From Lama guanicoe (Eukaryota), in assembly GCA_013239625.1 (NCBI GenBank), contig MU053557.1, positions 1,495,063 to 1,559,062 of the forward strand: DNA of 64,000 nt, in the 5' to 3' direction. The position numbers were made by a program, and so were the translations under genes. This document shows positions 36,875-49,075 of the stretch, piece after piece. The first letter of the stretch is position 1. Each line of letters opens with the position of its first letter. The notes below the pieces were generated by a model, which saw only the letters and a program-made list of their open reading frames with translations, was not told where the DNA came from and made no database searches.

Positions 36875-37684
36875 CCTGTGGTGGGCCACTGCTGATACAA
36901 AGATGGACACAATGCAGGTGTAATATGATTTTGCAGCAGTTACGACAGTGACTCACGTGGGTTGAAAGACATTTTCCAGTAGTAAACAATGAATATTATG
37001 CTAAAATGTGTATAAATTACATGTAGATCTGAACATACGTGGAGTGTTACTGATTATTTATATTTGCAACTAGATGAAGTTTGAACTCTTCAATTGAAAA
37101 CAGTTTTGTTTAATAAAAATGTGTGATGATTTAATCAATAATTTTAAATGAATTTAAGATTTAGCTCAGTTTAATACTTGATATTGATTTGTATTTTCCT
37201 TTTAATTTTAATAGAAAAATATTTAAATTTAATAGAAAAATAATTTTATATTAGTTATTCTACAGAAAATAATCTTTTTGAAAACATAAATGGAAAATAA
37301 ATTTTACATTTAATTTACTTTTTTGATAAAATACACTCAAGTTGTGTACACCTGAGTAAATTTTATTTTTTAATCTTTCCAAGAACTATTGAGTTCAACC
37401 CAAGTTATGTAAACATCTTGTTTATAATTATGAATTAGATTTTGCTGATTTCAGCAAATCTAAGCATTTAGCAAAAACAAGTATAACTAATTTATAAATT
37501 ACACATATACTTTTAATACTTATCAAAATATCACCTGTCCATCAATAGATTAGACATGTCACAGTTATTAAATTTGGTATCTGTGATATTTTACCCATGT
37601 TAATTCATATAGATAATACAGCTTGATTCATATTTTTAATATTGTTATTATAAAACCATGCTTTTCAGAGTAGGAAATGTGACA
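36875..37684. mobile_element. Probable hAT (Tip100-like) DNA transposon remnant, very AT-rich
   Basis: Composition and end-like motifs; possible continuation about 38975-39060 after the L1. Confidence 0.35.
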
Positions 37685-38975
37685 TTTTTTCCAGTTTTAT
37701 TGAGATATGTAATTGATATATATTGCTGTACAAGTTTAAGTTACACAGCATAATAGTTTGACTTGAACATACTGTAAAATGATTACCACTGTAAGTTTAG
37801 TTTAGCATTCATCATCTCAGAAAGATGCAAAAAAGGAATTTTTTCCCTTGTGACCAGAACTCTTAAGGTTTACTCTGTTAATAGCTTTCATATATACCAT
37901 ATACCAGTGTTAACTGTAGTCATCATGTTATACATTACATTTCTAACAACTTATTTATAACTCGACATTTATAACATTTTGACCACCTTCCTCCACTTAC
38001 CCTCTTCACATCCCTTGCCTCTAATAACCACAATCTCACCTCAGTTTGACTTTTGTTTTAGATTCTACATAGAATTGAGATAATACACTATTTGTCTTTC
38101 TCTGTCTGACTTATTCTGCTTAGCATAATGCCCTCAAGTTCCATCCATGTTTTTCCAAACAGCAGGATTTCTTCATTTTTAATGGCTGAATAATATTCCA
38201 TTGTGTATATATACACCACAATTTCTTTATTTATTCATCCATCAGTGGACACTTGGGTTGTTTTCATGCCTTGGCTATTGTACATAATGCTGCTATGAAC
38301 ACTGAGATGCAGATATATTTCAGAGTTAGTGTTTTTCTTTCCTTTGGATATACTCCTAGAAGTGGGATTGCTGATCACATGGTAGTTCTATTTTTAATTT
38401 TTTGAGGATCCTCCAAAGTGGCTCTACTAGTTTACAACTCCAACAATAGTGCACAACAGTTTTCTTCACATCCTTGCCAGCATTTGTTATCTCTTGTCTT
38501 TTTGATGATGGCCACTCTAACAGGTCTGAGGTGAGATCTCATTGTGGTTTTGGTTTGCATTTCCCTGATGATTAATGATGTTAAGCATGTTTTCATGTAC
38601 CTATTGGCCATCATTTTTTTGAGGGGGATGAATTTAGGTCTTTGCTCATTTTTTAATTGGGTTATCTGGTTTTGTGCTTTGAGTCCTTTATATATTTTGG
38701 ATATTAACCCCTTATCAGATATATGGTTTGCAGAATTGTTTTTCCCATTCCCTAGGCTGTCTTTTCACTTTGTTGACTGCTTTTTACTTTGATTTACTCC
38801 CACTTGATTATTTTTGCTATTGTTGCTTCTTACTTTTTATAATCAAAATATCATTGCCAAAACCGATGTTGAGAATCTTTTTTCCTATGTTTTCTTCTAG
38901 GAGTTGCATGGTTTCATGTCTTACATTTAATTCTTTTCGAGTTAATTTTTGTGAGTGGAGTAAGATGGGGATATG
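37685..38975 (-). mobile_element. L1MA9-like LINE-1, 3' 1.3 kb
   Basis: CCAGTTTTATTGAGATAT..; TTAGCATAATGCCCTCAAGTTCCATCCATG; minus-strand peptide MANRYMKTCLTSLIIREMQTKTTMR is L1 ORF2p. Confidence 0.93.
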
Positions 38976-41289
38976 TAGCTTATTTTAATTTTACAATTGG
39001 CTAATTGGGTCCTTAACTTTTACATATTTGCATATGGTCATAGTAATCTTACGAGGCTGTGCAATTGTTAACAGCGGACCCGATTAGAAATTGCCACACA
39101 GAGCATTCACTTTCCTTTATTTCTGCTATTTATCTTCTGTTGTTTAGTCCTTCCAGCCAGCCCACGGGGAGCCAGATTACACAGCCTGAGGCATGATGTG
39201 ATGCTTCATCTCAGGCTGAAGCAGTGTGAGGAGCCACCGCTTCCTGGGTCTGGTTGGGATGGTCCTGAGTCCTGAAGCCTCCATACCTTCCTATGAGGCA
39301 GGTACAATAAATGGCAAGACATAGCCTAGTCCTGACCCTGATAGGAGCTCAGAGAGCTGGTGGCCTGTCTCCTCATGGCCCAAGCAGCTAAGGTTCAAGG
39401 GTAGGTGGGACCAAGTGAATACAGGAAGACACTTAGACTGAAGCTGATATACTTGCTAAAGATGCTCTGAAACTCTGCAAAAAGGAAACTACCACCTTAC
39501 CTCCAATGTGTCAAACCGCCCCCTCCCCCGATCCAGAGACTCCCGGTCCTCTGTGTGCAACACGCCTACCCAACTGACTCCACCTACACCCAGCATCAGT
39601 GTTCACTAGCTCCATGTGGAATATGGCCACCTGAGGTTGAGTTCTCACATCATTTCAGTTCAGGGTGGAGGGCTGTGGACGAGAGAGATGGTATGATAAT
39701 GGTACCCAACAGTAGCTCATGCATCCTCAGCAGGGAATGTTTGAGTCTTAGGAACTGGACCATCAGAACCAGAGGACCACTGAGGCTGGAAAAAAGAGGA
39801 GATCGCCTCAGATCTCATTTGCTTTTGGCGCTTTTCCCAAAACTCTGATAAGAGCCTTGACCTGATCATTTATGTGTGATCATTTACCAGTCCTCCTGGC
39901 AGAGGTGATCTGAGTCCCATGTTCTCAGCCTGTTCAACATACCGTTTCCCCTAACCGTCCCTTACTCTTGCGCCCTGTGTGTGTTCAGTCCAATTAAAGT
40001 GAGAAGTGCAGCTCAGGAAAAGAGGGGTCTTTTGCAGGGAGACAACAGTAATAAATTTCACCATAAAAGCCACCACTAACTACTCTACCCAACAGGCATG
40101 AGCCATTATCAGACTGAGAGAGGCACTGGGGGCCTCAAGATGACTGATGGCCCCTACCTCTCATACCCATTATTCTCTGAGACAAGCATAGACCCTGAAT
40201 GCCTGGCAGTTCCAGGATGTGTACATATATATCCTGTCTGTATGGATGGCTCTGTGATTTAGTGCTAACAAACATATCTCTAGGAGGAAAACAGATGTGC
40301 TAATCGACAGAGATTTAAGCTGCAGTAAGAATCATCAATCTCCCCTGCTGTAATGGTCAATTGCCTTCCTTTTTTGTAATGTGATTTTTTAAAAACATTT
40401 TTATTGCTTATGCTTACTTTTCAATTTTCACACACTATTATTCCAAGTTGAATTTCTTCCAACTATACTGCAAGGTACTGTAGGCACGCTGATTCAAGAG
40501 TGTTCTCACAAATTAATGCTGATTACTCTGTCATCATATAGACCCATGCATCTACATAGCTACCTAGATAAATGGACAGGTGATACATAGGTAGATAGGT
40601 AGGCAGATAGATTTGTAGATAGAGGTATTTTTAGTTAAGGAGTTGGAAGGTATTCCTTTGTCTAAGACAATGTATTCTTATTTCAGCAAACATTTATTAA
40701 GCATTTATTAATTATACCACTTCCAGCGGAGCCTTAACATAGTGGACACTGACACATAGCTTCTAGAAAGAATTTTAAAAATGGGTGGCATCTAAAGATT
40801 CAAAGAGGATGTGAACACTTTCTGAAAGGCACTGTCAGTATGACAAAGCCATGTTGATCACAAGGACATTTTGATGCCATCAAATAATTTTTTTTACTTT
40901 ATCTAAATTAAGGATCCTAACAGAAATTCCCTGGGCACCACCCCATCACTGACTCTACTCAGAGGATGGAATAGGGCTCCATAATGTCTCAGGCAGCAGG
41001 GATGAAGTAAAGGTCTGAGATCTCTTTTGTATCTAAAACTGGATTATTAGAAATCGTTCTTACACTTTGACACATTAAAATATCTCTACCTCAAAGTGGT
41101 CATGTCAAATAATAGGGCTTAATCAGTAGCATTAAAATGTAGCGTTTGATGCCTGGGGCTTTCTCTCTCCTATGCATTTGTAAGCAAACATGGAGAAGAG
41201 AAAAAAAAAACTAAGAACTAATCAACACAAGGAATATTAGCAGAGATTGATGTTCTTAAAGCTCAGAAGGGAAAAGGCATTACTATAGA

Positions 41290-41590
41290 ACAGGGTGTTC
41301 CTAGCAGAGTTCACAGAGAGGTGAGATCCAAGCTAGATCTGAAGGATGAAAAGAAAAACGACATGAGCAAAAGCACGGGGCTTCTTTGAGGGTCTGGATT
41401 GAAGTGTTCATGTTGGAGAATAGCAAAAGCTAAGGACGGGGGAAGGGGGGGGGATGGTGCAGAACCGGAGAAGGATTTAACAGCTAAGTTAAAGAGTTAG
41501 AACTTTGCCCTGCTGACAAAAAGCAGTCCTTGTGACTTTGGAAACCAGTTGCATTGAGTGTTTAAAGAGGGTTTGCTGACAATGGAATGA
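41290..41590 (-). mobile_element. L2 fragment
   Basis: AGAGGTGAGATCCAAGCTAGATCTGAAGGATGA..CATGAGCAAAAGCACGG. Confidence 0.65.
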
Positions 41591-41651
41591 GATAAGCCTA
41601 ATAAAATAATTCAATAATTACCTCTGATCTGGTTCCACGCTCACTAGTGAA

Positions 41652-41903
41652 AGTAGCTAACATTGACTGAGTTCTTAATATGTCCAGTACTAGGCTCCAT
41701 CTTCCTCTCTTTTCACTTAGGCTATCCTGTCACCTAATCTTTATAGCTACTCTGTGGGCTCCACATATTATAGCTCAGGGAACAAACAAAAGGTCTAGTA
41801 ATTTGCCCGAATCACATGACTATCAAGAATGTGGAACAAAGATATGACCCCAAGAAGCAGGACTCCAGCACCCAGGCTCTTAATCGTGAAACTCTCCTGC
41901 CTC
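41652..41903 (-). mobile_element. MIR SINE
   Basis: TAGCTAACATTGACTGAG..AGTAATTTGCCCGAATCACA..GACTCCAGCACCCAGGCTCTTAA. Confidence 0.8.
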
Positions 41904-42049
41904 TCCAAGCAGCCGTGTAAGGAAACAGCTTCCCTTGCAGCTTGCCTAAGGGAAAGGCTGGCTGCCCAGGCCAACTGGAGTGATGTCTTTTTTTTTTTTT
42001 TTAAACCAATGAGATGATACTAGACTGCTTCTCAATCCCAAAACCACAG

Positions 42050-42285
42050 CATTGACAAACAGTTCAAATCACAGCTCAGCCACTCCTGTTCATGTAGCCT
42101 TGGATAGATGACCCAGCCTTCCTTTGCCTCAGTGTACTCATCGGGAAGATACAGAGATTATAATAGCTTCTTGCCTTTAGGCTTATTGTGAGAATTAAAA
42201 GCATACATATAAAACATTCAGAAGAGTACCTGTGAGTACTGCACATAGCGAGCATTTAGTAAGTGTTTATAATTACCGTTATTTA
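42050..42285 (+). mobile_element. MIR SINE
   Basis: GTTCAAATCACAGCTCAGCCACT..TGCCTCAGTGTACTCATC..TTGTGAGAATTAAA. Confidence 0.85.
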
Positions 42286-43114
42286 TTTGGAGGAAGTTTA
42301 ATCCGTCAGCAATCCAGTTTTAAATAGGCTTCCTCTTTAGTTTGGGTGGAAGAAGATAATGTGGTGACTCTAGCTGAGTCTGCGTGACATTTGCATTTTT
42401 CCTTATGATATCAGCTTCCCAGTTCACAGGGGTAACAATCATTATCCGCTCTGTGGTAGTTTTACCAAAGAAAATGCCACATTTGGAAGCCTTTTGAGTG
42501 TCCAGATGCTCTTATCCAAGTGACAATCACCATATGTGATTCTGCAGACCTATTCGAAACTGTCAAAATGGTTGTGATTTATATTAATGGAGCAATCAAT
42601 TGCTAACTACAGAGGCGATAGATACTCTAAAATTTAACTCAAACTACACTTTCTGACTCCTGATGCTGGGACAGCCCTTCCTTCTGTCCTCTCTAGCTCC
42701 ACCTATGGGGTTTTTTTCACCCTCTCCCCAAAGGCTACAGTCATCTTGATCTTTTCTGACACATCCTTTTACTCATCTCCTGCTCGCTTCCTAAGAAGTT
42801 TCCAGCAGTAGTTATTTCAAAATGCATCTTCATAAATTCTGAACCTCCTTCCCCATGATTTCAAGGTAACTTTTCTTCCACAGTCACTAAGAAAGAAAGA
42901 AAGGCATCAGACGAAAAGCTCCTTTCCCCTCTCTTTCTCTCTTCCTCCAACTCTAAATAAATGTTCCAATCCTCCCTTGAATATTTTTCTATTACAAGTC
43001 TGGACATTCTAATTCTTTTCTCCATGCCAATCCTTCCAAACTTTACCCCCTCAGTCTCCAAGTTGTAACCTCTTCCTCTCAATCCAATTCATCTGTGATG
43101 GGCAACGACTCCGG

Positions 43115-43669
43115 TGTATAAGTCAAAATGGGCCAAACCATGAGGCAGTGACAAATTAACTCTGAAATCGCGGTGATGTGCAGAAGCTAAAGTTTGTTTC
43201 TCATTCACTGTATGTCCAGAAAGTGTCAGCAGGGTCTCTGCTCCCCATGGTCACTCAGGGATACAGGCTCACGGAGACTCTAGCCTCTTATAATGCCATA
43301 ATCTCACACCATATGTCAGGAGCTTCCAAGGCCAGAGAAGGGCTGCAGGGGCTCCACGGCATGCAGCCTGTGCAAGAGCACAGCCCCCACTCTGCCTCTC
43401 CACTCAGAAGGGCTTATATCTGGTTTAAGGCTCTGCTGAGGCCACTCGAAAGTTTAATTTTTGAATAAGAGGCCTCAGTTTCATTCTTCACTGGGCCCCA
43501 CAGATTATGTAGTCAGTCCAGAGGGATGCATAGATGGCCACATGTTTCATCCATTGCTCTCCCCCACTGGCCAGTACTTGGGCCATGCCCTTGACTTTTG
43601 CAAGGGTAGCTGGGAAATGTTTTTTTATATTCTATTTACCAGCGAACACGTAATACTTTCCCTGCCACA
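43115..43669 (-). mobile_element. MLT1I-like MaLR solo LTR interrupted by MER53
   Basis: TG..CA termini; GGGTCTCTGCTCC..CACTCAGGGATACAGGCTCACGGAG. Confidence 0.75.
43347..43521 (+). mobile_element. MER53-like hAT MITE
   Basis: TGGTTTAAGGCTCTGCTG..CACTGGGCCCCACAGATTATGTAG; 8-bp TSD AGGGCTGC/AGGGATGC. Confidence 0.85.
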
Positions 43670-43831
43670 TGAACTTCCCTAAGCAGTAACACAAATTCTG
43701 CTATATGCAGAGTTAAATAGACTGATCAGGAAAGGCAGCCCAGCATGCTGAATGACTCCCTTTAACCCAGGTGTTTGATGATACAGAACACAGAAAGATG
43801 TGCCGTGCCTGCTCTCCAGAAGCTTATATTC

Positions 43832-44000
43832 TAGTGTTTTTCACACGTTAATGTCCATACAGATCTCCTGAGTAAAATGGAGATTCTAACTTAATAGCTC
43901 TGAAAAGGAACTGCGAGTCTGTATTTTTTTTTTTAACAAGCTCTCAAGTAATTCTGGTGTTACCAGCCTATAGAACCTCATTTTAGGTAACAAACTTCTA
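43832..44000. mobile_element. MER5A-like hAT-Charlie element
   Basis: TAAAATGGAGATTCT..TCTGTATTTTT..TAACAAGCTCTCAAGTAATTCTG. Confidence 0.75.
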
Positions 44001-45199
44001 GCTAATGCCATGAAACAAATATATATAATATAGCAAGAAATGAATGCAATACATATTTAAAGGCATTTCTGCTATATACTCATCTAGTAAAAAAAAAGAT
44101 TAAAATTTTGTTCTAATTATTCTAATTATTAAAAAAAATTTACATGAAGTTTTTTCTGTCAGAGATGTCGATCTTCCAGCAAATCTGTTTTCCTTTGCCT
44201 TTCCAGTATGCTTGCATTCTTAATTTGAAAGAGGAAGAAAGGACTCTTCTTATTTGCAGGTTTGTTCTGGGTCTGCTTCCATAATTGATATTGTCAGAGA
44301 ACTGTGATTAACGCTCCATTTGCGAAAACCTGCTCACCTTGGAATGCACAATTTGGCAACATCTCCTCCTGCATCTGTTCTCAAACAATAGCCTTTTTGC
44401 TCTGTTCAGCCAAGCTACACTGGCTGTTGTGGAATCCCGTGAGGCAGTGTTGGAAGGTGGCTTATTTGGAATGGTGGCAGAGAGTATGTCTTTTCACTTC
44501 AGTAGAAGGTGGCGTGACTCTATGGCTAAGCAACAGCCTGGACGTGCGGAGGAGTATTCAGCTTGTTTCTCTCCCACTTCTCACTCCCTCAAAGAGTCAC
44601 AGCATTGCCTTACTGAGCTAGCTTCATAGCTTAAAAACTGAGAAAGGTCAAATGGTTTGTCTAAGTACAAGGGTGTAGTTTAATAGCTTAAAGAAATAAA
44701 ATTGAACAAATTCTCTGGGATGGCTTCCAGTTTTTAGTAGGTAGGGGAATCAGAAATATCAAAAGCCACTAGTGCCCTAGACTCTTCTTCCGATGGTCAT
44801 TTCAAAGTGTCTGCCTTGCCACTGAGAGCTTGAAGACCTTGGCCATAAGTAATTAGAATACATGTAAGGCACTGTACACTTTACCAAAGCACTTTAAATT
44901 ATATCGTATCATTTTATAGTTAAGGGTATTTATTTAAAACAGGCAGGAATCATGAGACCTTTGTCATGGATAAGGGAAGGGAGAGGCCAAAATAGTGACT
45001 CAGCTGAGAACACAACTCCACTAAGCAACAGTGCTGGGACCGAACCCCCTTGTCTTTCGCAGGATCGAAGAGCATGCTGTGACTCTCTGCCTAGCCTTTC
45101 ATTCTTAGCCTCACTCTGTCTTTCACTTTTGTATATTTCATGTAAGTAGCAGTGTTCAATTTGGTTCATTTGGTTGTTTAATGACTTTTAAATGAGGCA

Positions 45200-45462
45200 T
45201 TTTTTAATGCCTTATTTACATACAATTCACATACCATACAATCCCCCCATTTAAAGTGTACGATTTAATGGTTTTTAGCATGTCCACAGTTGTACAACCA
45301 TCACCACGATCGACTTGAGAACATTTCATCACTCCAAAAAGAAGACTCCCTACCCATTAGCATTCTCTCTGCATTTCTCCCTAACCCACTTTCCTCCACA
45401 TCCCCACCTCCTGCACACAAACCACTCAGCTACATTCTATTGATAACGGATCTGCCTACTCT
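45200..45462 (-). mobile_element. L1MB-like 3' end
   Basis: CAATTCACATACCATACAAT..CATTTAAAGTGTAC..AGAACATTTCATCACTCCAAAAAGAA. Confidence 0.9.
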
Positions 45463-45659
45463 CCTCCACTAATAGTTTTTATTTTTCTAATTTGCAAGAA
45501 GGAAAAATGGAAAGGGCAAAATCTCCTTTTCCTCTACTGGAGACAACTCAGAGTTATTTATTCACTTTAGGAGGATAGTGTTATCAACTACAAAATTAAT
45601 ACAACTGAAAAATTTTCAAGAAAGTAGCAAAGACTCAAGGAAGTTTTAAGGGGTATTTG

Positions 45660-45890
45660 ATTTTTCTAACTTTTTATTATTAAAATTTTCAGAAATATAG
45701 AAGAGTATAAAGAATAATACAGTAAACTTACATTTACCACATAGATTCAACAATGATTAAGATTTTGCCATATAGTTTTAATTTTTTTCTGTATCATTTC
45801 AAAGTAAGTTGCCATATCATTCCTAGTCATTAAAAATTAAGAACAAGTTTCATACATAATATTATTATGGCACCTAAAAGCATTAACATT
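45660..45890 (-). mobile_element. L1MC4/5-like 3' end
   Basis: TTTTTATTATTAAAATTTTCA..TAGATTCAACAAT..ATTTTGCCAT..TTCAAAGTAAGTTG. Confidence 0.7.
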
Positions 45891-46538
45891 GTGAATTTGC
45901 ATTTTATTTGTATCAGAGATATTAACTTTTATTGGGATAAATTTATATAATTTACTCATATTGCTTTTTTAGTCATTCTTTACCATCTCTTATCTTGCTG
46001 TTTGATTCTCAATTTTATACTTTGCTGAGGTTTTTTTATTGTAATTTTTACTATAGGACTTATAATTTGTTTTCTTTGATCTTGAAAGACAAATACATTT
46101 AGAATATTATAACTATATTAAATCTTCCCATTTATTAATCAATGTAGCCTATAATCATTCTTAAATCTGTATTTCTGCATCTGAATGCATCTAATGAGGA
46201 ATAATAATTTCCAACTGTCTTGTATATAAAGTGGAGAATTATAAACATTTTAGTTTCACTTTCTTTAGGTTTTTTTCTGTCTACAACTGGTTGACCTGAA
46301 AGTCCTGAAGTTTGCTTGTTCCTGTCTTTTTTGTTTTTTGTGCAGCCATCCTACCAGTCAGACATTCTTTCTGGAAATGCACATCCTCACACACATGCAG
46401 CAAGGAGCAGTTTCAAATACGGTTGACAAAACGGAAATTCTGTCAATAACCTACATGTCCATCAGAAACATTAAATAGAGGGTGGCACATTTTACATGGA
46501 ATGCTAGGCTGAATCTACACAAGGCATGGAGGACACTG

Positions 46539-46678
46539 AAAATGGTAACCACGTGGAGGTAATGGATATGTTCATTAGCTTGATTGTGCTGATCATTTCA
46601 TAATATGTATCAACACATCAAGTTGTATGCCTTAAATATGTTTATATGTCAGTTACACCTCAATAAAACCGTTAAAAC
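46539..46678 (+). mobile_element. L1MA-like 3' terminus
   Basis: GGTAATGGATATGTTCATTAGCTTGATTGTG..TACACCTCAATAAA. Confidence 0.85.
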
Positions 46679-47228
46679 TAAATACTCAAAACTCATAATT
46701 TCCTAATTATTTTACTTCATTTACTATCATCTGTGCCCTTGAGGGTGTTTACCTCTCTTGTGTGTATATGGTGAAACCACTGTATAATGGTGTGCTATTG
46801 TTTCTCTTCACAACTCCACATTCAATAATCTCATGTTTACAGCTTGAAATGGGCCATGGTCAAAAGTATTTGCACCACAGGAACCAGCAAACACTACAAA
46901 TTAGAGCCTGGTTACTGGTTTTTGTTTTGTTTCCTTTACTGTCCAGATTAAACAAAGTGGAGAAAAAGTTAGTACTGTAGATTAAATGTAAATTTTTGCT
47001 GTAATTTTGAAATTATAAATAGCACACAAAAAACTCCTTCCAGTATTCAAAATTATTACCTGAATCAAAGAAGTAGTTCATGTCGTTGACAAACTAGTGA
47101 CACTCTGACATACATCTTTCTTGTTTTCTTTGATTGTACTCATTAACATGAACAAAAGTAACAACTAATATTCATGTTGGAATTAAACTTGGAGACCCAA
47201 CTGTTAAATATTTACCATCACATCACTG
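46679..47228 (+). mobile_element. MER63C/D-like hAT-Blackjack DNA transposon, missing one end
   Basis: TAAATACTCAAAACTCAT..TTCCTAATTATTTTACT..AGCTTGAAATGGGCCATGGT; terminus TTTACCATCACATCACTG. Confidence 0.85.
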
Positions 47229-47572
47229 TGTCAATCCCCTAAACATGCATCATATAGCTAAAATCTCTGCCTCTTTCCTCCACTCCCAATGTGTAAGGAA
47301 TGGAAACCTGAGGTGGAACTAATATTAAAAGTTTACTAGACAGGCTAGAAATAAGGCTGAAAATAAAAGGACAAGAACAATTCCTATAACCTGCCTGAAG
47401 TTTTCACAATAGATTTGCTGTTTACCGGAGCATTAGACCTAGGTCTGAGAGTTAGGGCTACTCCTTGGAGCTGGGTGCACTTCTACTAGGGAAACAGAGC
47501 TAACAAAACACCGTGTCTCAGTTCCAAAAGTCATTTCATATTAAAGGAGAACTTCCATCAAAATCACCAACA

Positions 47573-47755
47573 TACAGCAAAGTCCAACCGTAGAGCACAG
47601 GCAACTATATTCAATAACTTGTAATAACCTATAATGAAAGAATATGAAAAAGATATATACAGATATAAAAAGATATATATACATGTAACCAAATCACTAT
47701 GCTGTACACCAGAAACTAACACTACATTGTAAATCAACTAGACTTCAATAAAAAA
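47573..47755 (+). mobile_element. Short L1 3' end insertion with perfect 13-bp TSD
   Basis: TSD AAAATCACCAACA at 47560-47572 and 47756-47768; AATAAA plus A tail. Confidence 0.95.
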
Positions 47756-48399
47756 AAAATCACCAACAAAGTTTGCTCCTTCATTGAAAATGTGTTTGCA
47801 TGTAAATGATGTCTCATTTAGGCCTTTCCCCCTCATTTACCACAATTCTGTTTAACTTTAACAAATACAGTCTTGCTCTCACTCATCATCACATTTCTAA
47901 AAGATCATTCTATCTAAGAAGAAATCAAATCCCACCAGGATCTCTCTTGCCCTTTGGGAATCTATTCCATGGCTGAGAGTGATAGAAGGAAATGGTTCCT
48001 AGTTGGAAGACCAGTAATTTAAAAGTGAGTGTAGTAGACACAGTGTCAGAGTTCATTAATACACAACTGGGGGCCCAGCATGGACTCAAGACAATTCCTT
48101 GCATTTCTCCAGTTTAAAACGTGCTTTCAGATAGTCATCCCATTGGGTCCTGACAACAGTCTTCGAGGGCATTAGTTCAGTTCAGCAACATTTTTTCAGA
48201 ACCCACTGAATGTAGAAGCTGAGTATAAGTTAGATAAGACATTACTCACATGCAGAAAAGGTTATGCCCGAGTGGTGGGTTTTAAAATGACTCCTACGAT
48301 GGAAAACATCTAGCAGTGAGGAAGCTGGTGATTCAGGGGAGCCTGTGAACCCTGAGAACACCTTACCTTACAAGTCAGTTTGTGCTTTTCCTGGGCCTC

Positions 48400-48918
48400 T
48401 TTGCCCTCACATTCTTTCCTTAGTCTTATCCTGACCTTCTCTGGGATGGAGGGTTGGGGACAGTTGACCCCTGAAATGTTTTGCTTATCAGGCTACCAAG
48501 TCATTTGGCTTATGACTGGGTCTGAACAATAGAGGAACTGGGGAGAGATTGGAGGATGAAGGGAAAGGCAGGAGCAGGGTATTCTCTCCTCTCTGGTCAT
48601 TGAATACCCTCCCCAGCAGGCTAAATCTCCTCTGTGACACCAGTTCAGTCCAGAAAACTCTTTTGAGGTTCATACTTCTCTCAGGGAACTTCATACTTCT
48701 CTCGTCCCTGGGCTCCAGTAGCAACACCCACCCTCTCCGTCCCAGCATCCCAGGAATGGCCTTGTTCTCCTGCTGGTGCCCCTCTGAAGGGTACCTCATT
48801 GTGACATGCTGGACCCTCAGCAAACCCTTTACCTGGGTAGCCAATGCCTACATTAAATCTCATCTCTTAAAAATTCTAAAAGTGATTTCTCTGTTCCTAT
48901 TTAGATCGTGACTGATAC
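48400..48918 (+). mobile_element. LTR33-like ERVL solo LTR
   Basis: GAGATTGGAGG..CAGGGTATT; CATTAAAT; terminus TGACTGATACA. Confidence 0.65.
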
Positions 48919-48955
48919 ACAGATTATCAAATTCTAGATCTACAGATCTCATTGC

Positions 48956-49075
48956 AATAATAACCACAGCAGCCAACATTTGCTGAAAGCCTATTAGATG
49001 TCAGACACTGTAAAGATTGGGGACTCTTAGCCATCCTTTGTTATTCCACCTTACAGATGGAAAAACCGAGGCCGT
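48956..49075 (-). mobile_element. MIR fragment
   Basis: GCCAACATTTGCTGA..TTACAGATGGAAAAACCGAGGC. Confidence 0.75.
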
